From Clostridiales bacterium UBA7568 (GTDB lineage: Bacteria > Bacillota > Clostridia > Oscillospirales > CAG-272): a DNA stretch of 64,000 bases. The number at the start of each line of letters is the position of its first letter. Position 1 is the first letter of the stretch. Under the pieces are notes generated by a model. The model saw only the letters and a list, made by a program, of their open reading frames with translations. It made no database searches and had not been told where the DNA came from. Made by a program: the position numbers and the translations under genes. The DNA is taken from positions 6,331 to 70,330 of the forward strand of contig DLLG01000011.1 in assembly GCA_002479075.1 (NCBI GenBank). Reading direction: 5' to 3'. Shown here in pieces: positions 28,738-37,471 of this stretch.

Positions 28738-29646
28738 TCAGCGAGCGTCTCGGTTTCGTTCTCTCTGCCGCTTTAACAGCTCCAAGCCTTTTATAATATC
28801 TCGGCGTATTTGCTCATCGGTGTAGCCCTGCGGAAAATACTTTTTAAAATCCTCACGCTTAAATTTTATCTGCTCCTGCTGATTCGGTTTTTCCTCCGAC
28901 ATCACCGCATAAATCATTTGGTTGTCCAGCATACCCTGCTGACTTAACTTTTTCAGCCGTATGCTTTGTGCGTGAGACGGTGTGCAGTCGTTCAGTTCCA
29001 TAGCGTCAAGCAGTATTCTCTGCTCTGACTTGTCTAAGTACGAAATTTCTACCGCAGGATTGAAAGCAATTTTGCCTTCGTCTACCATTGCAAGCAGTTC
29101 GGGGATTAAGTAGGTCAAACGGATATAACGCTGAATCTGTCTTCCGCTATCTACCGATTCATCAGCCATTTTTTCTCTTGACCACTTCTGGACAAGTTGT
29201 CCAGAAGCTACACCCTGATGTTTTATTGCTTCCAGTTTCATCTTATAGGCAAAGGCTTTTTCACTCGGCAAAATCGTCTCTCTTTGTAAATTTGCGTCTA
29301 CCATTGCGATAACTGCTTCATCATCGGACATCTCACGCACGATTACGGGCATTGTTTCAATTCCTAACACTCGACACGCTGCAAGCCTACGATGACCTGA
29401 GATAAGTTCGTAGCCACCGTCAGGCAAGGGTCTTGCAAGTGCCGGAGTGATTGCGCCTACCTTGCGTATGCTTTCAATCATTCGCTCCATTTCCTCATTG
29501 TTCTGCACTTTAAATGGATGATTTTTAAAGGGATGAAGTTCTGAAAGCGGAATGTTTTGAACACGCTCTAACTTTACATCGTCCCGCATTTCCTGCGTGG
29601 TGAATAAATCGTCCAGTTTAGGTAAAGTAAAATCTGATTTTCTCAT
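28738..29646 (-). CDS. ParB/Srx N-terminal-domain protein of the element backbone
   Basis: Frame of ORF 28738..29676. The second ATG at 29646 has the better RBS (AGAGAGGAAAA). The ParB box reads YELISGHRRLAACRVLG. Confidence 0.75.
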   Translation of the reverse strand: MRKSDFTLPKLDDLFTTQEMRDDVKLERVQNIPLSELHPFKNHPFKVQNNEEMERMIESIRKVGAITPALARPLPDGGYELISGHRRLAACRVLGIETMPVIVREMSDDEAVIAMVDANLQRETILPSEKAFAYKMKLEAIKHQGVASGQLVQKWSREKMADESVDSGRQIQRYIRLTYLIPELLAMVDEGKIAFNPAVEISYLDKSEQRILLDAMELNDCTPSHAQSIRLKKLSQQGMLDNQMIYAVMSEEKPNQQEQIKFKREDFKKYFPQGYTDEQIRRDIIKGLELLKRQRERNRDAR

Positions 29647-29666
29647 TGTTGTTTTCCTCTCTTTCG

Positions 29667-29909
29667 TTATTTCCATTTGAGCTCGCTTTCGGCGGGGCGT
29701 AAAAAGGTCGCCTCAATGTCCGCCTGAAATCGGTGCCACCGTTCCGCTTCTCGCCGCAGCATAGGCGCATCGACAAACCCCAGCGTATTCGCTTTCACCG
29801 CAAGCTGATTGATGTTGTTGCCGATGGTAGACAGCTTGCGCATTGCTTCATAGAAATTGCCGTCCGGTTTTTCTCTCGGCTCATACCCTCGAATCAGCAA
29901 ACGAATCAC
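29667..29909 (-). CDS. MobC-family relaxosome accessory protein (N-terminus uncertain)
   Basis: TIGNNINQLAVKAN motif. The same frame stays open upstream to about 29990 (KRIKKQFWLSSQEAAELKRKAELAGISETAV, RHH-like) without an ATG/GTG/TTG. The start is therefore non-canonical or the gene is damaged. Confidence 0.6.
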   Translation of the reverse strand: MIRLLIRGYEPREKPDGNFYEAMRKLSTIGNNINQLAVKANTLGFVDAPMLRREAERWHRFQADIEATFLRPAESELKWK

Positions 29910-30023
29910 CGCCGTTTCCGATATTCCGGCAAGCTCTGCTTTTCTTTTAAGCTCTGCCGCCTCTTGGGATGAGAGCCAAAACTGTTTCTTAATTCTTTTG
30001 TTAATAACCGTTCCTTTCCGAGA

Positions 30024-30108
30024 GAGGTTTTAGGAGACATCCTAACGAGTTTTTACTGTTTGGGAGTACAAACAGTCTGCTCGCTACGATAGCGCAGCCT
30101 AAAACCTC
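30024..30108. promoter_or_regulatory. Nested inverted repeats, oriT candidate
   Basis: GAGGTTTTAGG (30024-30034) pairs with CCTAAAACCTC (30098-30108). They enclose the hairpin CTGTTTG-n6-CAAACAG (30056-30075). The site lies between the two MobC/RHH genes. Confidence 0.35.
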
Positions 30109-30121
30109 CGCCCTGTTTTTA

Positions 30122-30382
30122 TTACTTCAGTAAGTCCTCTATCACGCTCAGTCGATAGAGGATTTCGCTTTTTTCAAGGGACTCCAAATCCTTTTTGAGC
30201 TGTCTTACCTGTCGAAAAGTCTTGTAGATTTTCTCATCGGTTGCGGCTTTTACGTTCTTTCCAAGTCCCAATCTTCTGAGATATTCCGACATGGATAGTC
30301 CGCAATACATTGCGCTTTCGCTGAGCTTTTCTTTCTCGGCGGGTGTTACTCTTACGTTGATTCCTTGTGTTTTACTTCTCAT
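30122..30382 (-). CDS. Ribbon-helix-helix (MobC/CopG-like) protein
   Basis: MRSKTQGINVRVTPAEKEKLSESAMYCGLSMSEYLRRLGLG is an RHH pattern. ATG at 30382 follows AAGGA. Confidence 0.6.
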   Translation of the reverse strand: MRSKTQGINVRVTPAEKEKLSESAMYCGLSMSEYLRRLGLGKNVKAATDEKIYKTFRQVRQLKKDLESLEKSEILYRLSVIEDLLK

Positions 30383-30438
30383 AAATATCAAATCCTTTCT
30401 TTTGTTTGTGACGACAATGACGGTTGTGACGGTGTTTT

Positions 30439-31464
30439 CTATATAGAGATCTCGCCGTCATTTCCGTCACCGCTGTCATTCATTTCAAGCCGAATCAGGC
30501 GGCTTGTCCCCGTGCGTTTGGTTCTGTATTCAATGCCCTGTGGCATCAAAACCTCTGCCGAAAACCTCGCCAGCAGCTTGGTTACCACGTTTGCCGTGGT
30601 TTCAGTTTCGTTCATTTCGGTAAGTAGCTGACTTGCTGTGCCTTGCCAAGTTCTGCGCAAGGCTATGAAGGAAACAAGACGAAAAAGAAAGTTGGGAATC
30701 TCTTCTCGGTGAAGATCTTCGGCGTTCTTTCGTTCCACAAGCTCCCATAAATGGGTTCCGTTATCGAACTTCAGGGTAAGCTCCTGATACTCTATATCTC
30801 GTCCCGTAGCAAGGAGCGTTCCCATCTCGCTTGAGCGACTGCGTTTCAAAATAAAACTCGTATCAGCAGCTCCCGTGATACCCGTTGAACCCGTAACCTC
30901 GTTGAATGGGTCGTTGGCATCCTTCATTTTGCGAACGTGATGAACGACCACCACCGCTATCCCGAACCTATCCGAAATGGTTTTTAGCGCCGTGATATCG
31001 TCGTAATCTCCTGCATACATTCCGCTTTTACCGATGGTGTTTCGAGAGTCACGAACCTTTTGAAAAGTATCGATAATCACAAGCTTTGTGTTCGGAAAGT
31101 CGGTTAGATAATCTTCAATCTGATGCTCTAAACCATTCCCGATCTGAAAACTCGTGGTAGCAATTCGAAGCTCGGCAGGCGCTTCATCGGTCAGCTGATA
31201 CAAGCGGTTTTGAATACGAATGTGGGTATCTTCCAAGCACAGATACAGCACGTCGCACTTGTGGGTTTCAAATTCCCACACGGGATTTCCTCTTGCCACC
31301 TGCATACCGAGCCACAGCATCAGCCAGCTTTTACCGATCTTACTTGCGCCCGATAATACGCTCAGTCCCTGCGGTATCAAGCCTTCCACAACGAACAGTG
31401 TCTTGCGGAGCGGCGTTGATAACAAGGTGTCCGCATCAACGGTTCTCAATTTTTCAACTTGCAT
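30439..31464 (-). CDS. RecA-fold AAA_25/RepA-like ATPase
   Basis: ATG at 31464 follows GAAGGAGG. Walker A reads SGASKIGKSW and Walker B reads KLVIIDTF; VVVVHHVRK is also present. Confidence 0.7.
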   Translation of the reverse strand: MQVEKLRTVDADTLLSTPLRKTLFVVEGLIPQGLSVLSGASKIGKSWLMLWLGMQVARGNPVWEFETHKCDVLYLCLEDTHIRIQNRLYQLTDEAPAELRIATTSFQIGNGLEHQIEDYLTDFPNTKLVIIDTFQKVRDSRNTIGKSGMYAGDYDDITALKTISDRFGIAVVVVHHVRKMKDANDPFNEVTGSTGITGAADTSFILKRSRSSEMGTLLATGRDIEYQELTLKFDNGTHLWELVERKNAEDLHREEIPNFLFRLVSFIALRRTWQGTASQLLTEMNETETTANVVTKLLARFSAEVLMPQGIEYRTKRTGTSRLIRLEMNDSGDGNDGEISI

Positions 31465-31684
31465 TTTTCTCACCTCCTTCCTCCATAACATAGTTGATGA
31501 CATTGACCTTCGGGATCTTAAAGGCATTTCCGATTTTGATGCCGGAGATATATCCGTCGTTGATAAGGTCGTATGCCAAGTGTCTGCTGATGCCCAACAT
31601 TTTCTGAAGCTGAGCCACGGTTACGATGTCCGGATAGTCCGGAAACATCATCTTGTAGAGTTCTCTTAACTCTGTTTTTCTCAT
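31454..31684 (-). CDS. Excisionase-family helix-turn-helix protein
   Basis: 76 aa with VTVAQLQKMLGISRHLAYDLINDGYISGIKIGNAFKIPK. RBS is GGAGG. Confidence 0.7.
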   Translation of the reverse strand: MRKTELRELYKMMFPDYPDIVTVAQLQKMLGISRHLAYDLINDGYISGIKIGNAFKIPKVNVINYVMEEGGEKNAS

Positions 31685-32351
31685 AATCTGTTACCTCCTT
31701 CTGAGAATGTTCAGCCACACGGTTTTCGTGGCTATGTAAAGAGCTCGGTATAAGGAGAGGCAGCCTTATGCCGACTCTTTCGCCGGTCTGCCTGAATGTC
31801 GTTCCTGCTCCGGAATCTCACCGCAACGTTTTGTTTTTCCTGGCACGCTCATATCGTGGCGATACTTTACCGAAAAACATATCTCATTCAGCCGGTCATT
31901 AAGTTGTCAAGGTTCACTGAAGGTTTTTTATCTCCTCAAGGAGTAGCCGGCGAGGTACGGGGTGAATATCCGAAGAAGAAAATTATTTTTCGCTCATTAC
32001 CCCGTACTAACCAATTGGCGAATTCTTTTGGAGTTTGGCAAAAAATTTTTTATAACCTCACTTTTAGTTGCTGACTTTTTGAGAAAATGGACAAATTGTT
32101 TTTTCTTTTTCGCTTGAAAACGGCGTGTTATCAGGGTTTTGTCCCTTCACTTATTCCGAAAGAGGTCGGCGTATGCACACCCATTTTTACGAAAAAATTC
32201 TTCGTGCGAAAAGAAAAAACAGCCGAAAACCCTTTATTTACGGGCATTTTTGGCTGAAAAAATATTTTGAAATTTTTTGAAATTCATAGAAAAACGGGTG
32301 AAAATCTGCTATAATTATGAAAAGGTCAACTTATGATATGACGGTGATGTT

Positions 32352-33728
32352 ATGATTTTAAAAAGAATACCTGACAAATTGAAAAAGGATATTGAGCAGT
32401 TTCATTCTTCTAATAGCGACTCGAATGAGATATGGCTTCTCTCGGCAGATTCGGGAATGGGCAAGACCTATGCGGCGTTATCTTACTGCGTCGAAAATAA
32501 GGATAGCCTTTACTTTTCCTTTCGGCATATCAGCGCTGAACTTGCTCGGAAAACCTTTGCGGAGCGTTATCCCGATGTATTCAGGGATTGTGCAACTTGG
32601 TCGGCATTCTTCGATTGCCTACAAGTCTTTGGCAAAAGAAAACGCCCAACCGTCTTTTTTGACGATGTGGGCGAACGAAATGATAAGAATGATTTTTATG
32701 CGGCATTAAAGAACTTTTCAGAAGTAAGCAACGGTTGCGGTGTGCTTGTAGTGTTAATCGGCAGACCTTGGGAACAGATTGAAATACCCTGCCAAACGCT
32801 CTATATAACGCCATATTCCACGCAAGAGATTGCCGAAACGCTGTCCGTAAGCGACAAGGAATCGGTAGACATATTTTGCCTGTCGGCGGGTATTACGGAA
32901 CTTTTATCTCTTTACGATACGAGCATTTCTTTTGAAGAAAATGTAAAAGCGTTGCTTTATATCAATTCCCCGTTTTATCGACTAATAAATGATAAGATGT
33001 GCGAATGTTTCCGAACGCCCGAAAGCTACAACACGCTGCTATATGCAATGGTGAACGGTTATAATCGCATCACCGAACTGTCGGCGTTTTCAGGTTATCC
33101 GAAAAACAAATGCGATAAGTACATTAAAACGCTGTGCGAATTCGGTCTTGTCCGTAAGGAACCCGAAAAGAACGGACACACAAAGTATTATCCGGCGAAC
33201 AGCTACATTGCCCTGTGGTATAAAACTCTGCTGACCGCTGTACCAAACTCAGACGGCTGTTTCGGTGAAGATGTTTATAATCGTTTCGTGAGATATTTTA
33301 ACGATGAGATACTTTCTACATTTTACAAAGAAATGTGCGCCTATTGGTTAGATAAAAATCTCAATTCCATCTCAACGGACTACATTGACACCAAAGATTT
33401 AAGCTATCGGAATGTCAAAGTCGGCGAGGTAGCCTTTGATTTTGCCTGCGAGAAAAAACGGGCGGTATATGCCTATTACGATACAATTCCCGGTGAAAAA
33501 CTTACGCAAAAGCTCTGGAAAGAGATTGAAAGAAGCACTACAAAAGACAGACCGTTTTACGAGAATGAATACGTTATCTGCACCGTAAACCGTGTTCCTG
33601 ATAGCTACTGGACATTGAGCAAGCATTATGATAACGTGCATATCGTCAAGCTTTCTTCTCTATTTGCTACCTATAACAAGGAATATAACCGCCGTATGCA
33701 CCCTCGGTTTGTTCCGTCGTTTGTCTGA
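32352..33728 (+). CDS. P-loop ATPase of the DUF234 / archaeal-ATPase type (ATPase + wHTH + C-terminal nuclease-like module)
   Basis: 458 aa with Walker A SADSGMGKTY and Walker B VFFDDVG. A central wHTH-like region reads ITELSAFSGYPKNKCDKYIKTLCEFGLV. The C-terminal VGEVAFDFACEKK resembles the DUF234 core. Confidence 0.55.
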   Translation: MILKRIPDKLKKDIEQFHSSNSDSNEIWLLSADSGMGKTYAALSYCVENKDSLYFSFRHISAELARKTFAERYPDVFRDCATWSAFFDCLQVFGKRKRPTVFFDDVGERNDKNDFYAALKNFSEVSNGCGVLVVLIGRPWEQIEIPCQTLYITPYSTQEIAETLSVSDKESVDIFCLSAGITELLSLYDTSISFEENVKALLYINSPFYRLINDKMCECFRTPESYNTLLYAMVNGYNRITELSAFSGYPKNKCDKYIKTLCEFGLVRKEPEKNGHTKYYPANSYIALWYKTLLTAVPNSDGCFGEDVYNRFVRYFNDEILSTFYKEMCAYWLDKNLNSISTDYIDTKDLSYRNVKVGEVAFDFACEKKRAVYAYYDTIPGEKLTQKLWKEIERSTTKDRPFYENEYVICTVNRVPDSYWTLSKHYDNVHIVKLSSLFATYNKEYNRRMHPRFVPSFV

Positions 33729-33840
33729 GTCTTAATATAATTCTCAAAGCCTTCTCCCAATTTTTTTGGAAAAGGGCTTTTCCTTTGCCGTGCAATTTAT
33801 AACTTTTTCGTTTCAATCCCGAATAAACCCCTATTAAACC

Positions 33841-33869
33841 TTGAAAAATCCTAAGAATTGTGTTATACT
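33841..33869 (+). promoter_or_regulatory. Promoter of the HTH-fic pair
   Basis: TTGAAA (33841-33846), 17-nt spacer, TATACT (33864-33869) with a TGt extended -10. Confidence 0.55.
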
Positions 33870-33913
33870 TTATGATGTATAATTGTATTTTCGTGAAAAC
33901 GGAGGATTTCACC

Positions 33914-34102
33914 ATGGATAACAACCTTGAACGCTGGTATTCAATGAAAGAGATAATGGAATATTTGGGCGTTAGCCGTGATACAGTTCTCGACTGGATT
34001 GAACGTCGCAATATGCCCGCCGCTAAGATAGGCAGACTGTGGAAATTCAAGGTCAGCGAAGTCGATGCTTGGATGAAATCCGGCGTTGCGGCTGATAAGT
34101 AA
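33914..34102 (+). CDS. Excisionase/MerR-like helix-turn-helix protein
   Basis: ATG at 33914 follows ACGGAGGA. It reads MDNNLERWYSMKEIMEYLGVSRDTVLDWIERRNMPAAKIGRLWKFKVSEVDAWM. Confidence 0.7.
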   Translation: MDNNLERWYSMKEIMEYLGVSRDTVLDWIERRNMPAAKIGRLWKFKVSEVDAWMKSGVAADK

Positions 34103-34122
34103 TTGTAATTTGGAGGTGCGAT

Positions 34123-34728
34123 ATGGCACTTGAAAATAAATTAGGTCTTACAAATTCTGCCGATCTTGCCCGTGAAGAAGAACGCATCAGCAAGAAAAAG
34201 GCTGCGGAGCTTTTTGAAAAAGGCATTTTAGCCAATCTTCCTGTCGGTAAGTTTTCTTCATTGCAGGCAATCCATAAATATCTCTTTGAGGATATTTACG
34301 ACTTTGCAGGCAAACTCAGAACAGTCAATATTGCAAAAGGAAATTTCCGTTTTGCACCGCTTATGTACTTGCAAGCGGCACTTGAAAACATTGATAAAAT
34401 GCCGCAGTCTACCTTTGACGAGATAGTAGAAAAGTATGTTGAGATGAACATCGCCCACCCTTTCCGTGAGGGCAACGGACGAAGCACTCGCATTTGGCTC
34501 GACCATATTTTGAAAACCGAAATCGGCAAAGTAGTGGACTGGAGCAAGCTTGATAAAGAAGATTACTTGCTTGCAATGGAGCGTAGCCCGATAAAAGATA
34601 TTGAAATCAAACACCTTTTGAAAAACGCACTTACCGATGAAATAGACAGCCGTGAGGTCTATATGAAAGGTATCGACCACAGCTACTATTACGAAGGATA
34701 CACAACCTTCAAGACGGAAGAATTGTAA
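34123..34728 (+). CDS. fic: Fic-family protein (AMPylase type), class-III-like with a C-terminal inhibitory motif
   Basis: 201 aa with active-site HPFREGNGRSTR (HxFx[DE]GNGRxxR). The C-terminal SYYYEG matches the (S/T)xxxE(G/N) auto-inhibition motif. Confidence 0.88.
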   Translation: MALENKLGLTNSADLAREEERISKKKAAELFEKGILANLPVGKFSSLQAIHKYLFEDIYDFAGKLRTVNIAKGNFRFAPLMYLQAALENIDKMPQSTFDEIVEKYVEMNIAHPFREGNGRSTRIWLDHILKTEIGKVVDWSKLDKEDYLLAMERSPIKDIEIKHLLKNALTDEIDSREVYMKGIDHSYYYEGYTTFKTEEL

Positions 34729-34732
34729 AATC

Positions 34733-34779
34733 CCAAAGTGTCAACTATGGGATTCCAAAGTGCCAAATTGACACTTTGG
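34733..34779. promoter_or_regulatory. 12-bp perfect inverted repeat upstream of the methylase/restriction array
   Basis: CCAAAGTGTCAA (34733-34744) pairs with TTGACACTTTGG (34768-34779). A third half-site-like copy, ttCCAAAGTGcCAA, lies in the loop. The right arm supplies a TTGACA -35-like hexamer. Confidence 0.45.
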
Positions 34780-34841
34780 AACCGTGAATGCGAAATTTGT
34801 AGATGATTGAGGAAAAATCCTCTAATATAGGAGAATTCTAT

Positions 34842-35258
34842 ATGGATAATCATACCGAAGAACAGCGGCGTAAAAATATGCAAGCTGTAAAGAATAAAGA
34901 CTCCAAAATCGAAGTTATGTTACGTAAGGAATTGTGGGAACGAGGACTACGATATCAAAAGAACAGCAAAAAAGTTTTCGGCAAACCCGATATTGTATTT
35001 ATCGGCAAGAAAGTCGCCGTCTTTTGCGATAGCGAGTTTTGGCACGGATATGATTGGGATAACAAAAAGCAAGAAATAAAGTCTCGGCGAGAATTTTGGA
35101 TCCCCAAAATCGAACGAAACATACAACGAGATATAGAGGTAAACGAGAGACTCAAAACCGAGGACTGGACTGTTTTAAGGTTTTGGGGAAACGATATAAA
35201 GAAAAATTTGACTGTTTGTGCTGATAAAATTGAAAAGGCGGTAAAAGAAAATGTCTAA
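34842..35258 (+). CDS. vsr: Very-short-patch repair endonuclease
   Basis: ATG at 34842 follows AGGAG. Core Vsr signature is FGKPDIVFIGKKVAVFCDSEFWHGYDW. Its stop overlaps the next ATG (ATGTCTAA). Confidence 0.88.
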   Translation: MDNHTEEQRRKNMQAVKNKDSKIEVMLRKELWERGLRYQKNSKKVFGKPDIVFIGKKVAVFCDSEFWHGYDWDNKKQEIKSRREFWIPKIERNIQRDIEVNERLKTEDWTVLRFWGNDIKKNLTVCADKIEKAVKENV

Positions 35259-36255
35259 ACTGAAATCAATTGATTTGTTTGCCGGTATCGGCGGTATTCG
35301 GCTTGGTTTTGATAAAGCATTTAAAGAAGATATTGAAACGGTTTTCGTTAGCGAATGGGATGAATTTGCTCAAAAAACCTACAAAGCAAATTTTGAAGAC
35401 AGTTTCGAAATCGCAGGAGACATTACCAAAATCGACGAAAAAGAAATCCCTTCATTTGATATTTGTTTAGCAGGTTTCCCATGTCAGGCATTTAGTCTCG
35501 CCGGGCATAGAATGGGATTCGACGACAATTACAAAGGATTATGCAGAGGAACTCTGTTTATGGATGTTGCCCGAATTTGTGAATATCACAAACCGAAAGT
35601 TATCTTCTGTGAAAATGTTAAGGGTTTGGTTATACACGACAAAGGTAGAACTTTTAAGATTATCTGTAAGACATTTGAAGATTTAGGATACAGAGTGTTT
35701 TATCAAGTTCTAAACAGTAAAAATTACGGTGTGCCGCAAAATAGAGAAAGAATTTATATTGTTGCATTCAGGAATGATATTGCGCCCGATGAATTTGTCT
35801 TTCCGGACATTATAGATGACAGCAAACGATTGTGGGATATCAGAGAAGAAAAACCTGTGCCTGCAAAATATTATCTTAGCGATGTTTATCTGGATACACT
35901 TAGAAAGCATAAAGCTCGACACGAATCTAAAGGTAACGGATTTGGTTATGAAATTCGTGATTGGAGCGATATTGCAGGAGCAATCGTATGCGGTGGTATG
36001 GGTAGAGAAAGAAACCTCGTTATTGACAAGCGTCAAAAGAACCTTGTTCCCACAACGCATATTAAAGGAAACATCAATAAAGAAGGTATTCGTAAAATGA
36101 CACCTCGTGAATGGGCCCGTTTACAAGGATTTCCTGACAGCTTTGTTCTTCCCCTTGCCGATACACACCTATACAAGCAGTTTGGAAACAGTGTTACTGT
36201 TAATGTTATTGAAGCTATTGCAAATAAAATCAAGGAGGTTTTGACAAATGCCTGA
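35251..36255 (+). CDS. DNA (cytosine-5)-methyltransferase, copy 1
   Basis: Motif I DLFAGIGG, IV GFPCQAFS, VI ENVKGL, VIII QNRERIYIVAF, X QFGNSVTVNV. Confidence 0.93.
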   Translation: MSKLKSIDLFAGIGGIRLGFDKAFKEDIETVFVSEWDEFAQKTYKANFEDSFEIAGDITKIDEKEIPSFDICLAGFPCQAFSLAGHRMGFDDNYKGLCRGTLFMDVARICEYHKPKVIFCENVKGLVIHDKGRTFKIICKTFEDLGYRVFYQVLNSKNYGVPQNRERIYIVAFRNDIAPDEFVFPDIIDDSKRLWDIREEKPVPAKYYLSDVYLDTLRKHKARHESKGNGFGYEIRDWSDIAGAIVCGGMGRERNLVIDKRQKNLVPTTHIKGNINKEGIRKMTPREWARLQGFPDSFVLPLADTHLYKQFGNSVTVNVIEAIANKIKEVLTNA

Positions 36256-37444
36256 TTTGTGCGGAAATAAAGGCGAATGGTCAGAAATATATATTTTTCT
36301 TAAACTTATGAGCGACGGAAAAGTATATGCCGCTGATAAAAACATGAATCGCTTAACAAATGTTTTTCTCAATATTATTAAAATCATACGTGAGGAATAC
36401 AAAAATCAAAAATATGAATATTACACAGGCCCTGTCGTTAAAATCTTCTTGAATGAAACTGAAGTAGGACCAGATGTAAATATAACCGATTTTCAGACGG
36501 CAAGAGATCAACTTTGGAATGTGCTGAAAAATGCTACTCGTGGAAACGGTATTACTTGTGATACTGTCGAGACATTCCTGAGTTCAATCTATGTTACAAA
36601 ATTAAAAGCGCCTGCGGCACAACAAAATGAATTTTTTGGTGGTACACAAGATATAACCATGCAAGTTCAAGATTACAGAAATGGTATTGCATCTGTTATT
36701 GGATTTTCGTGCAAATCCGACTTTACCGCAAAATCCACTTTGTTTAACGCAAGCAAAGATAACACAAATTTCACATTCGAAATCGTTGGTAATATTGATG
36801 ACACCTTGATGAATCGATTCAACAATACATATACCATACGAAACAAGAAGAATAAAGAAACCGGGTTAATGGAGCCACATGAGGTTATAGCAATTCGGGA
36901 ACGCATACAACTTTTAAAAGCTGCTGAATGTGATATTGTTTACAGCAATATGCCCGTAAACAGTGCAAAACGGAATTTAATACTTTCAGGCGGTAACGAA
37001 ATGCCGTTGATAGTCGCTAACATGCTTAAAGCCTATTACTTTGAGGGAGAAGGTCAAGCGGCAAATTCATCTATTGAATATGCATTAGATTATGTTGTTC
37101 GCAATAATTCTGCAGAATATGAATTTGACGATACAGCGAGCATGTACAGAAGAAAGATCGGAACACTTTTGTATGATATGTTTACCGGAATGCGTTTAGC
37201 TAAGGCTTGGGATGGCAGAAGCAGTGTAAATGGTGGATATATCGTTGCAAAAGACGATGGCGATGTTGTTGCGTATCACTCTTGCATGGCTGACGAGTTT
37301 AAAGATTTTCTTATTCACCAATTAGGATTTGAATCTCCTTCTGCATCAAGACATCAATATATACAGATATACAAAGATAATGGAAAGTATTATTTGAAAT
37401 TAAATCTTCAGGTAAGATTTAAGGGCGTTTCTGACGAAGAATAA
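36248..37444 (+). CDS. Type II restriction endonuclease, HpaII-like (tentative)
   Basis: 398 aa with an 8-nt overlap with the upstream MTase. The N-terminal NKGEWSEIYIFLKLMSDGKVYAAD resembles, from memory, the HpaII-family N-terminus. It sits in the R position of a Vsr-M-R arrangement. Confidence 0.55.
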   Translation: MPDLCGNKGEWSEIYIFLKLMSDGKVYAADKNMNRLTNVFLNIIKIIREEYKNQKYEYYTGPVVKIFLNETEVGPDVNITDFQTARDQLWNVLKNATRGNGITCDTVETFLSSIYVTKLKAPAAQQNEFFGGTQDITMQVQDYRNGIASVIGFSCKSDFTAKSTLFNASKDNTNFTFEIVGNIDDTLMNRFNNTYTIRNKKNKETGLMEPHEVIAIRERIQLLKAAECDIVYSNMPVNSAKRNLILSGGNEMPLIVANMLKAYYFEGEGQAANSSIEYALDYVVRNNSAEYEFDDTASMYRRKIGTLLYDMFTGMRLAKAWDGRSSVNGGYIVAKDDGDVVAYHSCMADEFKDFLIHQLGFESPSASRHQYIQIYKDNGKYYLKLNLQVRFKGVSDEE

Positions 37445-37471
37445 CTTGACTAAAATTGAAAGGGAAATCCC

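Noticed and set aside
31685-32351. A retron-like ncRNA, suggested by inverted repeats in a long non-coding region on a defence-rich element
   Set aside because: No reverse transcriptase gene exists anywhere in the element or window. The repeats are short and generic. The region is kept only as an unexplained structured stretch.
33914-34728. Interpreting the small HTH protein plus Fic as a classical toxin-antitoxin pair
   Set aside because: The Fic protein carries its own C-terminal (S/T)xxxE(G/N)-type motif (SYYYEG), and the upstream protein is an excisionase-like HTH without that motif. A class-I antitoxin role is therefore not supported, though a regulatory role remains possible.
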